Below are positions 31,532 through 41,635 of a stretch of DNA of 64,000 nt, in pieces. The stretch is from an uncultured Pseudomonadota bacterium (GTDB lineage Bacteria > Oederibacteriota > Muellerivitia > Muellerivitales > Muellerivitaceae), in the NCBI GenBank assembly GCA_963836235.1, contig CAWIIP010000005.1:64001-128000 (forward strand), in the 5' to 3' direction. How positions within the stretch are numbered: position 1 is the first letter of the stretch; each line of letters starts with the position of its first letter. Made by a program: the position numbers and the translations under genes. Below the pieces are notes generated by a model, which was given only the letters and a program-made list of their open reading frames with translations, was not told where the DNA came from and ran no database searches.

Positions 31532-33973
31532 TTATTGACCCAGGACTTGGGAGAAACCAATTCCCGGATTTCTGATGGTGACGTCCTCAAACCAGGCGTT
31601 CGATATTAAAAAAGATAAATAATGAATTTGATGAGGGCCTTTTGAAAGAAAACGAGTCTGAGAAACTGCGTGAGGCCTTATCCATTCGACCGGAATGGAC
31701 GAAAGGGCTTTCTTCCCGTCGATCCAAATTTGAACCGGATTGGGACTGTTAATGGTAAAGGTATATTTCCCATTCTCCGGTACCATCCATTGGCCGTCCG
31801 CTGATACAGAATGAGCCCCCATTCCCCCAGGTAACGGGTTCAATTTGGCGTTAGAATCTTCATACTGAATCATGCCTCGTCCCAAGCCAAAGTAAGTGAC
31901 ATAAACGCGTCGGAGCCACTTTTTTTCCGGAACCACCCGAAACATGAACAACTTTCCTGGCTTTTCGGGTATGTCCCCTGCGGGAATGACCACGTCATAC
32001 ATGGTGGGAGGGTCCGCCTTTGATTGGTAATATTCCCACTTTGGAATCCATTGGGCCTTAGGAAAATCCTTCTTCAATATAGGGGCCCATTGTTTATCCA
32101 GCCCGGCAATAATAACGGATAAATCCTTACGAGGCTCGTTCGCAAGAACATCAATCACATTGGTGGTCTGTAGCAGGTAAAGAGGCTCGCCATCGTGAAT
32201 GACCCCCTCCACTGCAGGAGAAGCATACCCCATTCCGTCATAAACCCCCATGTAAACCCGTTTCGTCGGAAGTTGATCCGATATTTCCTGGGAAACCAGG
32301 ATGTCGGGCCGCATCATGTTCCACCACTTATCGTAAACCCTGGTGAAAGTGCTCTTCCCTTCCCACGCCCAAAAGACCGTCAGGCCCAGGATTAGAAGAA
32401 TGCCCATCCAGCGCCGAACGCCCTTTCCGGCCATGAACCCAGAAACCCACTCTTCCAGTCCCCAGCAGGAAAGCAGCATCATGGCGGGAAAAGCCCCCAG
32501 AATTTTCGCGCTGGTGGGATCAACCGTCATAAGTCTGCCGGCCACGCCCACAAAACAACAAAGGACTAAAAACAACCTGGTCCAAGAAAAGCGGGAGACC
32601 GCGAAAACCAGTCCCACGAAGGCCAATACGGCCGCTTGGTAATCAAAAAAGGGATCGCCTTCCACGTTCATGTCCGAACGGTCATCACCGGTGACAAAAA
32701 GGGTCCGGACGCAGATGGACAACTGGGAGATCATGGCGCGTAAGGGGATACGTTCATCGTGGATTTTAATCGTGATTTCCGGGTCCATCGCCAGCGGATA
32801 AACCAAGAAGCCGGCCAAAAGAACGCCCAACCCCCAACTCACCCACAACCGTTCCTTGCCCTGGGCGGTCCGATAGAAATATCCCATGGCGGTAAAGAGC
32901 AAGACTTGGATCACCATCCAAACGGTGAGGTTCCAGCTCCAAAATTTGGAAATGGGATTGCTTGGAAAAACGAAGAACAGCCTGTCCAGGAGGAAAAGAA
33001 AAAGCCCGGAAAAGGCCGGGATAAGGAAAATAGCCAGGGGCCAGCGGATGGATCGGGCCCTCTCCTTCCAAAAAATCCAGGCGAAAGTGACGAAAGCCAG
33101 GAAAAGCATCCAAGGCCGATAGGCGATGTAACTATAGAAGCCAAAACCCAAGAGGAACCCCCATTGAAGAAAATGGGACAAGTCGGGCTTGCGGAATAGG
33201 CGGAATTGGAACCAAAGGATAAGGGTAATGATGAAGGGAAGGGTCAAGCCCGGCATCCCCCCGAGGTTCTGCATGATCATGGGCTTGCTGAAGGTGCCCA
33301 GAGCCGCCAGGAAAAGTCCCGTCATCCTTTTCCCCGTTATTTCCCGGCCTAACCGGTAAAAGAGCCAGCCCGCCCCGACGTCAAATAGTGTTGAGGTGAT
33401 TCTTTGCACCAAGAGACCTTTCATGGTCGGGAAAAGCGACCACAAACCCGCCGCTGCGTATGGGTAGAGGGGTTCCCGGTGGCCGATGGCGAAGGTCATT
33501 CGGAATACGTGGAGCTCAAAAATATTGCAGGGATCGATAATGCAAATGGCGGGATCGTCCCAATAACGTCCCATGGGTTGGTCGCCCCGGTAAAGCCTCA
33601 TATAAGCGGTCAAGGCCAAGAGACCCAAGAGAGCCGGGTAGGCAATCAATCGGGGTACATCCAAAGAAGTGGGTTGGGAAGGAAGTCCTCGAAAACCCAA
33701 AAATAAAATAAAGGCCGCCAGCCACAGGAGAAAGTTTAAGTGATTGACCGGTAGCGGGAAAGGAACCCCCAACCACCGAAAGGCATCGAACTGCAGGAAA
33801 ACCGCCCCCACCAGCAGGAAACCCAGTAAAAGAAGAAAAAAAGTTTCAGGCGCGACGCGGGTCGGTGGCGCGGCAAGTGTAGAAACGGCGGAAGGGTGGG
33901 CCGTCCCCCCTTCCTTTTTCAAAGGAAAGGTCTTCCGGCGGACGACTCTCCGTTTTCGGTTAGGCTTGGCCAA
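31532..33973 (-). CDS. ArnT/PMT-like GT-C with C-terminal PA14-like domain
   Basis: P.GRYWDDP, REPLYPY, LGREITGKR, YSYIAYR, GLGRGMIQYED, GKYTF..IWIDG..KGPHQI. Confidence 0.78.
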   Translation of the reverse strand: MAKPNRKRRVVRRKTFPLKKEGGTAHPSAVSTLAAPPTRVAPETFFLLLLGFLLVGAVFLQFDAFRWLGVPFPLPVNHLNFLLWLAAFILFLGFRGLPSQPTSLDVPRLIAYPALLGLLALTAYMRLYRGDQPMGRYWDDPAICIIDPCNIFELHVFRMTFAIGHREPLYPYAAAGLWSLFPTMKGLLVQRITSTLFDVGAGWLFYRLGREITGKRMTGLFLAALGTFSKPMIMQNLGGMPGLTLPFIITLILWFQFRLFRKPDLSHFLQWGFLLGFGFYSYIAYRPWMLFLAFVTFAWIFWKERARSIRWPLAIFLIPAFSGLFLFLLDRLFFVFPSNPISKFWSWNLTVWMVIQVLLFTAMGYFYRTAQGKERLWVSWGLGVLLAGFLVYPLAMDPEITIKIHDERIPLRAMISQLSICVRTLFVTGDDRSDMNVEGDPFFDYQAAVLAFVGLVFAVSRFSWTRLFLVLCCFVGVAGRLMTVDPTSAKILGAFPAMMLLSCWGLEEWVSGFMAGKGVRRWMGILLILGLTVFWAWEGKSTFTRVYDKWWNMMRPDILVSQEISDQLPTKRVYMGVYDGMGYASPAVEGVIHDGEPLYLLQTTNVIDVLANEPRKDLSVIIAGLDKQWAPILKKDFPKAQWIPKWEYYQSKADPPTMYDVVIPAGDIPEKPGKLFMFRVVPEKKWLRRVYVTYFGLGRGMIQYEDSNAKLNPLPGGMGAHSVSADGQWMVPENGKYTFTINSPNPVQIWIDGKKALSSIPVEWIRPHAVSQTRFLSKGPHQIHYLSFLISNAWFEDVTIRNPGIGFSQVLGQ

Positions 33974-34011
33974 GTTAAAGAACCGCCCTCTGTGTCATGT
34001 TATCCGTTTAA

Positions 34012-35034
34012 TCAGGGAGTCGTTGGCGGCAATTGGTACAAGCCGACATGATCGCCGCCGGCTATCATTAAAACATCGTCCGGGCTAACGGCCAAACCCC
34101 GGTCTCCCTGGATCAACACTCCTTTTTCATCCGTGAGGTCTCCCAGATAGCCGGTTTTAATACTATAGGCTTTCACGCAGCTGTTTCCGTTGGTGGCCGT
34201 GGAAACGAAGAATCTACCGTCTTTGTCCACCGCAACGGCAGCGACGCCGGCCTTGTACTTGAAAACCTTGAGTACTTTTCCGTCCTGGTCAAGCCATTGA
34301 AGACGCTCGTTTTCCGAATCGGCGACGAAATAATTCCCCTTCCCGTCCGAAGCCACGTCCAAAGGACTTTTGAATTGACCTTCGTCGGTGCCAAATCTTC
34401 CCCAAGAAGCGGCAACATGGCGATCAGGGGCGATCAAAAGAATTCTGTGGCTTCCCGTGTCGGCCAACAGGAAATTCTTCCCGTCGTAACCGATTCCCCG
34501 GGGGCCGTAAAGGTTTTTATCCCCTAAGTCGAGGTTTAATATTTGTTTTCCATTTTCGTCATAACCCTTGATGGTACTGTTCCATGTATCGATTACATAA
34601 CCGAACCCCTTATCGTCGGAAACCATTCCAGAGGGTTCATGAAAGCCCACAGAACCGCCTCCAGGCTTCCCCCAACTTTTTAAGAGGTTGCCCTTCCGGT
34701 CGAAAACCAAGACGCGGTTGTTTCCCTGGTCGACCACCATGACCTTGTCCTTCCCAACCGGCCCCACGCCCCAGGCGTTAAAGGGACCGCACTTGCTGTT
34801 TACACCCGAAAAGGTGCTGAGGGTCTGGACTTTGTAATCCTTAGGGACTTCCCCGTGGAAAAGGTTCATGCTTTCCACCAAGCAACCGATCAAGACCAGG
34901 GCTATCAATATCCGGATAACCGCCTTGCTTGAGCCAGACGCCGGGGGCGACACCAGGGGTGGCGCTACGGGGGTTGTATACGCCGTCCCCCCCAAGTTCT
35001 TTTTTTTCGCGCTAGTTTTTTTCCGTGGCGGCAT
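34012..35034 (-). CDS. Membrane-anchored NHL-repeat protein
   Basis: Basic N-tail, TM, FHEPSG, LYGPRGI..ADTGSHRI, GQFKSP..ADSENER; GGAGG RBS. Confidence 0.85.
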   Translation of the reverse strand: MPPRKKTSAKKKNLGGTAYTTPVAPPLVSPPASGSSKAVIRILIALVLIGCLVESMNLFHGEVPKDYKVQTLSTFSGVNSKCGPFNAWGVGPVGKDKVMVVDQGNNRVLVFDRKGNLLKSWGKPGGGSVGFHEPSGMVSDDKGFGYVIDTWNSTIKGYDENGKQILNLDLGDKNLYGPRGIGYDGKNFLLADTGSHRILLIAPDRHVAASWGRFGTDEGQFKSPLDVASDGKGNYFVADSENERLQWLDQDGKVLKVFKYKAGVAAVAVDKDGRFFVSTATNGNSCVKAYSIKTGYLGDLTDEKGVLIQGDRGLAVSPDDVLMIAGGDHVGLYQLPPTTP

Positions 35035-35531
35035 AAACCCTCCAATGAGATTCCAAATTTAGACGTCCGACCCTGAATTCATTCTTTAATTTCAAAAAAT
35101 AGAAGACCAAAAAAATCAACCCTTACCAGTGCCAGAATAAAAGCATAAAATCGGGCCCGCCCGAAACACGGGGTTTTTCACAAAAACACAGGGATTTTCC
35201 TTCGTAGAATGGCAAGGCCAGTAGGATATAACATCCTTTCGGCGATAACAAAGATTTTTTGGTGGTTGAACGCCTAAAACTTTCATGGCACCGTTCGAAA
35301 AAGGGCATTAACCAGGGGCAGTGGCATTGAGGGGGTGGAAGCCCAATCCGAACGCTACCAACGGACACGCAAGCGTGTCTTCGCCTATTCTCAAGCCGTA
35401 AAAAATGGCTTTAAATTCAAACCTCAGGGCATCTTTACGTTTGTGTCCTACCCTTGACCCAAGTCAAGGGCCCCCCGACGCCAATTGGCAGCTGCATCCG
35501 GATTCAAAACCATCGGATGATCAAGTTTGAT

Positions 35532-37766
35532 TTAGTTCCATAGAGTTGTCCATGAGTCCCTCTGCATGAACCAATCGGTCAAAGCCGGAAAATTGTGGCG
35601 CATGTAATAATATTCGTTGAAGGGGCAATCGTCGGTAATAACGATGCGCTTATTCGAGTTGGTAAATCGGGCGTCCACGGAGTCCCCCAAAAAATCCCCC
35701 AGCAAGCTCTCGAGGGTTGTGCCAGAAGGCGCCCATTCCAGCATGTCGGCTTGGGCGGCAGGCGGTACCCTCGTAATCAACTCACTCACCGCAGGCACCT
35801 GGATGGGCTCCATGGAAGCGACATAATAAAGGCCGCCGACATTTCGGGTAACAGTAGGAAAAACTTTGACATAGGGAAAGGACTCGAGGATGGTCCGGTT
35901 GAAAGCATTATCGGTATTGTAATTGTCCGCGTAATACCAAATTTGAAAAAGACCTCCCTTTTTCAAGTGCGCCTTGATGATGCTAAAAAATTCCTTGGAC
36001 AACAATAGGCTGCAGCCCGCGGCTTGCGGCGGCGGAGGCGGGTCAATGACAATAACGTCATAAAGATCCTTCGTGCGCTTCAGGTATCTCCGGCCGTCGT
36101 CGATGACAACCTTGGCTTTGGGATTGCTCATTATTTTTTCGGCGTCGTCAAAAAAATACCCAAAGGAATCCCTCACGCTGGGGGTCAACTCCACGGCCGT
36201 GGTATCAATGCCCCAACTAACGAGAGACCGGAAGGACCCCCCCATCCCGAAACAAATGGTCAAGGCGTTTTCAGGTTTGTGATCCAGCAAGCATAGGGGT
36301 ATGTGGGCCATGAACTTGGTTGTGGTTCTAAGAACTGTCATTCTAATACCATTGACGTATAACATCCGGTCAAAACCCGTGTCAGCGCAAATGACGGTAG
36401 CGTTGTAATCTCGGCGGACGACCCCCTTCACGAGCGTCTCATAACTATTGCTGATGAGAACAGAAACGAACATAAGAAGGATGGCGGCGGTGGGCACGGC
36501 CAGCTCACGAGGTTTCAGCGCCTTCCAATGCTTCAGTATCAGGATTAAAAAAGGGAAAGCCAAAAGCGCTAAGGAAAGCTTCACTCCCAGCCACGGAAGA
36601 CAGAGATAGGAAGCGAGCAGGGGCCCCAAAATGCATCCAATCACGTTCACCGCATAAGCCTTCCCGGCGTTTTTGGGATTCCCTCGACCGATTTCGTCCA
36701 CCAACTTGGGGGTCAGGTACCCCAGAATGGCGCAAAAAGGGACGATGGTCAGAAGAATGCAAAAAGTGGAATGGTTAAATCGGGGATCGGTGAACACGAC
36801 CGGGAAAAGGGAAAAAACAGCCACCCAAGCCAGGAGCATTTGATGGGTGAGTTTCTTGGCAAAAACCCATCCGGACCGGTAAACAAGGGAGCCGATCCAC
36901 GTCGACAAAAGATAGGTGAACAGGATCGCGCCGAAAGAATAGACCTCGTTTCCGATGATGGGAATGAAGGCCCTGGTCCATATCACTTCCATGGCCATGG
37001 AGCCGAAACCGCTGAGGAATAGAATGCTCACCATAAGTTTCGTGTCAGGCCGCCAAAATGGCCGGGAATCCAGTTCGGGCTTCGTTTTTTTACCCGCTCT
37101 GGGGGCGGCTTTGGTTTCCGATGGCCATATTCTCAATACGATACCCATGGCGATCCCCAAGAAAGCGACGCTGAAATTCATCAAGGCCCCAATAATAAGG
37201 GTTCCTGAAAAGCCGAGTAGTTCGATGAAGGCAATGACGGTAAGAAAGGTCCCCCCCAGGGCGCCCAGTACATTCGCCACATAAAGATAGCTGAAACTGG
37301 TCGTCTCGGAAGGTACCCTTTCCTTAACAAAAGCCATCATGAGGGGAAAAGTCGCCCCCATAAAGAAGCACCAAGGAAGGATGGAAATCGCGATAAACAT
37401 CGCCGAGGCAAGGAGATAACCGAACGAATTCATCTCGCCGAACCCCAAGAGAACGCTCGAGCTCCAATGAAAAAGTTTAGGTACCGCGAAAGCTCCCAGG
37501 CCGATAAATAATTCCGCCAAGGCGTAGAAAAAGATCGGCGAGATTTTCAACTTTCCCGCTACGCGCGAAACCCAGACCCCGGCCAGCCAAGATCCAAGGG
37601 CTAAACCCATCATGAAGATGGAAATGACGACTGAGAGAACGGGGGTATTGACCCCATAGGTGGCGTAGGCCAAGCGCACCCAGACGATTTGGTAAAGCAG
37701 CCCGCAAAATCCGGAAAAAAAGAACATAAGAAACACGAAGGGAAAAAGGATTTTATTTTTTTGCAA
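35532..37766 (-). CDS. Membrane-fused spermidine synthase-like (SAM-binding) protein
   Basis: FFSGFCGLLYQIVW and SGF.SM.MEV.W repeats in a 13-TM domain; C-terminal ICFGMGGS, VELTP, DDGRRYL, DVIVIDPP. Confidence 0.85.
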   Translation of the reverse strand: MQKNKILFPFVFLMFFFSGFCGLLYQIVWVRLAYATYGVNTPVLSVVISIFMMGLALGSWLAGVWVSRVAGKLKISPIFFYALAELFIGLGAFAVPKLFHWSSSVLLGFGEMNSFGYLLASAMFIAISILPWCFFMGATFPLMMAFVKERVPSETTSFSYLYVANVLGALGGTFLTVIAFIELLGFSGTLIIGALMNFSVAFLGIAMGIVLRIWPSETKAAPRAGKKTKPELDSRPFWRPDTKLMVSILFLSGFGSMAMEVIWTRAFIPIIGNEVYSFGAILFTYLLSTWIGSLVYRSGWVFAKKLTHQMLLAWVAVFSLFPVVFTDPRFNHSTFCILLTIVPFCAILGYLTPKLVDEIGRGNPKNAGKAYAVNVIGCILGPLLASYLCLPWLGVKLSLALLAFPFLILILKHWKALKPRELAVPTAAILLMFVSVLISNSYETLVKGVVRRDYNATVICADTGFDRMLYVNGIRMTVLRTTTKFMAHIPLCLLDHKPENALTICFGMGGSFRSLVSWGIDTTAVELTPSVRDSFGYFFDDAEKIMSNPKAKVVIDDGRRYLKRTKDLYDVIVIDPPPPPQAAGCSLLLSKEFFSIIKAHLKKGGLFQIWYYADNYNTDNAFNRTILESFPYVKVFPTVTRNVGGLYYVASMEPIQVPAVSELITRVPPAAQADMLEWAPSGTTLESLLGDFLGDSVDARFTNSNKRIVITDDCPFNEYYYMRHNFPALTDWFMQRDSWTTLWN

Positions 37767-38001
37767 AAGGAGTCCTCCGGGCGAATGATAAAAGACGGCT
37801 AAATTCCTAACAAAAATAAACTAAAACCACACAAAAAAAATTCCTTCAATCGGACCACCGCTCAATTTCCACCCCCGGCAATTATCAAAAGGGCTTAACC
37901 TCTCACCGACAAGACACCGGAGGGAGGAAGTCCTGAAAGGCTCTGCTCATGACGGATAAAAACCGGATTTCAAAAACGGACTCTCCCAGAGGGGCAGCCG
38001 A

Positions 38002-38010
38002 ATTATATCA
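38002..38010 (-). promoter_or_regulatory. Extended -10 sigma70 promoter candidate for the spermidine-synthase-like gene
   Basis: Minus strand reads TG-A-TATAAT, a perfect TGnTATAAT, about 235 nt upstream of the start. Confidence 0.45.
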
Positions 38011-38169
38011 CAAAAGAATCAGGGGCGATCAATGAGCGGATTTCCAGCACCCTTTTAAAAACCACCTTTGAAATCTTCGAACCGACCGGGTTTGCGTGAG
38101 GCTTCATCTGCATAAAAAAAATTCATTTCCATTGTGGGTTTTAACGGCTCGGCCTTAAGACTCCATCCA

Positions 38170-40500
38170 CTACGATCGTTTTCCGGAAGGGCGCGGGCTT
38201 TTTCTACGGCCTTCAAAATTCGCGGCCACGGTTTTCACTGGTCGAGCTAAAGGGAAAACTCCTCCAAATCGGGTGGAGAACCATTGGTCCAACCGCCGGT
38301 GGAAGAACCAAGCGGCCACTAGGGCTATCCAGGTGAACAGTGAATAATAGAAAGTATAAACAATGATGGGTGGATAGAAGGACATTTTCACCTGATGGTG
38401 GCCTGTCATTAAAAGGGGGACCGCCCGGAAGGTTCCATCCGCCTGGTAAATGGGTTCCTCCTTGCCATCCACCCATGCCTTCCATCCCGGGAAGTAGGAA
38501 TCCGAGAGGAAAAGAAAACAGGGCCGATCGTTCGAGCATTCCATTTCCACGTCGTTGTAATCGTAACGTGTGATCTTGGCTTCACCCACCCACCCTTTCA
38601 GCCCCTCTGGTTTTTCCACGGGCTCTCGGGCCAAGACCACTTCCTGCCGGGGGTCCAACTTCTCATCCCGGATGTCCTCAATGACTTGGTTATAATCCGG
38701 ATTCACCCTGTAGCCGCCCACCATAAAGGCGCGAGGATAGGCCTTCATGTTGTTCCAAACCGACACCATGGCTCCTGGGATCGGTTGCCAACGATCAGTG
38801 GGATGGGAACCTTCCGGCCGGTAATTGTATTTAAGTCGTATCAAATCTACCAGCGGCGTTTCCTGATGGTAATATTCCTCATCCATGTATTTTTGGGTCG
38901 TCTGGATAAAAAGGGAACCGCACCCGGTAACAACGGAACTGATGTTTTGAAGGAGCTGGTATTCGCAATAGGTGCTTCCGGGCTGGGCTCTCGGATAGGT
39001 GGGGTCATCCTTGATCTTTTTGAGGAGGCCGGGCGGAAATAAATCGGTAAAGAAGAAATTGGACCCGCCCGAACCAATGGCATTTTTCGCGTCGAAACGG
39101 TAAAGGTCGATAGCCGTGCCCAAGAGCAGGAATGTGGGGACCCCAAATGCGAGAAAGAACCTAAAAAACCCGGTTAAGCGCTTTTGATTCCTCCAGTAGT
39201 TGGTCCAGACGTCCAAAGTCAGGCCAGCCATGCAAGCCAGCACGAAAGTCGTCAAAATCATAATACGGGAGGGAACCCGGTTACGCGCAAGCCCTGGAAT
39301 GAATTTGGAAAAGAACAAATAAATATAATGGGTCGGCGTGGTGGTATCGGCCATGGCCAAGGTCATGCTTAAAACGGCCACAAGGCCCAGCCACCAAACC
39401 ACGGGCCTCTTCCGTAACCCTACAAAGCCCAAAAGGGCAAGGAAAATAGGGATAAGTCCCAGGTAAGCAATGACTTCCGCGTATCCCCCTGTTCCATGGT
39501 AATTTCCCGGATCTCCAGCGAAAAAAGGATCGATAAAAAAACGGAAATTGGCAGGGACAAAAGCATCCCGCATAAAATCATGCGAATCCCAAAGCATGCG
39601 ATTGCTTAAAAGGGCGAACTGATAGGTCGGCGCCATTTGGCACAACCCCAGGGAAAAACCAATCAGGATAAAAGCCGATTCCGCGCCCAAGAATTCCTTC
39701 CAATTGATTCCGCCTCTCATCCAGGCCCAAAGGAGAAAAAAACCGGTAATCATCAGGACATATAGGCTGATTTGGGGCGTGCCATCCAGGATACACAAGC
39801 CGAAAGCCCCGGATGAAAATAATAGGGCGGAAATCCGGTGGTTATCCGTAAATCGCTTGAGACCGTAAAGAGCAAACGGAAACCAAGCGGCCCCGGTAAT
39901 AATGTTTAAGCCACCCATATAAAATTTACCCATAAAGTATCCGGAAAAGGCGAAAGCCAACCCGCCCAGGCAAGCCCCTATCCAACCGGTTCCCAGGCTT
40001 CGGATGAAAAGGTAGGTTCCGAAAGCCAAAATGATGAAATGGAAAAAGTAGCTCAACGTAAAGGCATAGCTGGTTGGATACATGAAAAAAAGGAAATTAA
40101 AAGGTGCATAGGGCCCAGAGCTGGCACTGGCCAAGAAAGGCTGGCCCATGCTGCTATAGGGATTCCACAGCGCAGGGTAGCCCCTTTTCAAGCTTTCGAT
40201 CCAAACATACTTGTAGGGCCACGCGCATATCATGTCCCCAATGCCGGGGATCCACTCGCGATGGGTTAAAAAGGGCCAAAGGAAGAGGGCGCTAAATATG
40301 GCGAAAAAGACGCAGGCATAAAGGGATTCTAATTCAAAAACACGCCCATTATTTTCCGTTTCCGAAACCGGCTCTTGACGCGGCAAGTCCAATGAATGGG
40401 ACGCCCAAGACGAAACCTCGGGGGAACGTTTGGATCTAATTCCGCCTTTTTTCGACATGAATTTTTTTTTCAAAATAAATTCCTTGATATCCGGATTCAT
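38170..40500 (-). CDS. YfhO-family GT-C membrane protein (paralog 2)
   Basis: PALWNPY..MGQPFLA, FAFSGY, PRAF, LSDSYFPGWKAWVDG; clear paralog of 24071-26422. Confidence 0.85.
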   Translation of the reverse strand: MNPDIKEFILKKKFMSKKGGIRSKRSPEVSSWASHSLDLPRQEPVSETENNGRVFELESLYACVFFAIFSALFLWPFLTHREWIPGIGDMICAWPYKYVWIESLKRGYPALWNPYSSMGQPFLASASSGPYAPFNFLFFMYPTSYAFTLSYFFHFIILAFGTYLFIRSLGTGWIGACLGGLAFAFSGYFMGKFYMGGLNIITGAAWFPFALYGLKRFTDNHRISALLFSSGAFGLCILDGTPQISLYVLMITGFFLLWAWMRGGINWKEFLGAESAFILIGFSLGLCQMAPTYQFALLSNRMLWDSHDFMRDAFVPANFRFFIDPFFAGDPGNYHGTGGYAEVIAYLGLIPIFLALLGFVGLRKRPVVWWLGLVAVLSMTLAMADTTTPTHYIYLFFSKFIPGLARNRVPSRIMILTTFVLACMAGLTLDVWTNYWRNQKRLTGFFRFFLAFGVPTFLLLGTAIDLYRFDAKNAIGSGGSNFFFTDLFPPGLLKKIKDDPTYPRAQPGSTYCEYQLLQNISSVVTGCGSLFIQTTQKYMDEEYYHQETPLVDLIRLKYNYRPEGSHPTDRWQPIPGAMVSVWNNMKAYPRAFMVGGYRVNPDYNQVIEDIRDEKLDPRQEVVLAREPVEKPEGLKGWVGEAKITRYDYNDVEMECSNDRPCFLFLSDSYFPGWKAWVDGKEEPIYQADGTFRAVPLLMTGHHQVKMSFYPPIIVYTFYYSLFTWIALVAAWFFHRRLDQWFSTRFGGVFPLARPVKTVAANFEGRRKSPRPSGKRS

Positions 40501-40570
40501 TTCGACCGACTTAAATTATCGCATAAAATCACCGTCTGGGGTAAAGGCCAGCCATTTCAAAAGTTTGAAC

Positions 40571-41632
40571 TTACGTGTTTTGGGTCTTATGGGCAGTGGC
40601 ATAGAGCAGAAGCCCGTTGACCACGAAAACTCTTTCCAGGGTAAAGCCATTCTCAGCCAAAGTCCTTTTTAACCGCACCTTGGTGAAATGGTGGATATGC
40701 CCGCAACGGTACTTATGGTAAACACTCCCTCGGATATAACCCATGTAAAGGCAGTTCAAGTTGAAAAGGATGAAGAAGGGCCCGAGGAAGAAATCGTAAG
40801 GAACGGTGATGAGAAATTTTCCATTGTCCTTCAGTATCCGGCGGACCTCCCCCAAAACATCCTTTTGGTTGAAGACATGCTCCAAAACCTCGGACATAAG
40901 CACCACGTCAAACCCCTTGGATTTTAAGCCCGTTTTGGACAGGTCCGCCGCGACCTTGAAACCCGTCAGCCGCTTGTTCTTTTTCGCCCATTTCAACATT
41001 TGGGCATTGATGTCCACCCCGAAGACCGGCAGGTGGTGGATGTTCCATTTGCAGTTTCCGCAGCCCAGGTCCGCCATCTTCATACCCTTTTGGAAGGACT
41101 CGGATACGAATTGGGTTAACCGCTCATAACGGGAACGGTGATACCAAGCCCTGAACTTGCTCACTTTGGTTTCATCCGTCATTTCATCGTAATAACTTTC
41201 GTTCATCTCCTTGTATTCCACCTCGGCCATCTTTGCCGAGCTAAAAGTGGAGATGCGGTTCAAAAAGGCGTTGGAAACCGCCAGGATGATCAGGCAGGTA
41301 ATGAGCCCCTCGGGCAGGCTGAAGCCCTGGCTCATGAAAACCCAAAGCATGGCCGCGCTCCCTACCGAAACCCAAAAACTCATGAACAAATGCAGGGGGA
41401 ACGAGGTTTTCATTTGAATTTCGTGGTTCACATAGACCACGTTGTAATAAACGAAGTGGAAGGCTTGGTTGAAAAAGGTCCCGATGAAAAAAGCGATCAT
41501 GGGATTCCAACCGAGGCGGAGGGCCAGGAAAAGGGTCACTCCCAAATTGAGCGCGGCGCCCAAAAATCCCCCCAGCAGGAAAATGAGGATCGCGGGGTGT
41601 CGCCAGCGTTGGACCACGGCATGCTCAGGCAT
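40571..41632 (-). CDS. GtrA-like 4-TM domain fused to class I SAM methyltransferase
   Basis: N-terminal about 130 aa with four short TM helices in GtrA pattern (F.LGG..GAALN...); C-terminal ADLGCG, SEVLEHV, GHIHHF. Confidence 0.72.
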   Translation of the reverse strand: MPEHAVVQRWRHPAILIFLLGGFLGAALNLGVTLFLALRLGWNPMIAFFIGTFFNQAFHFVYYNVVYVNHEIQMKTSFPLHLFMSFWVSVGSAAMLWVFMSQGFSLPEGLITCLIILAVSNAFLNRISTFSSAKMAEVEYKEMNESYYDEMTDETKVSKFRAWYHRSRYERLTQFVSESFQKGMKMADLGCGNCKWNIHHLPVFGVDINAQMLKWAKKNKRLTGFKVAADLSKTGLKSKGFDVVLMSEVLEHVFNQKDVLGEVRRILKDNGKFLITVPYDFFLGPFFILFNLNCLYMGYIRGSVYHKYRCGHIHHFTKVRLKRTLAENGFTLERVFVVNGLLLYATAHKTQNT

Positions 41633-41635
41633 GGT

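Noticed and set aside
35451-35470. Perfect palindrome cccttgac-ccaa-gtcaaggg
   Set aside because: No U-tract and no second copy noticed; cannot tell operator from weak terminator
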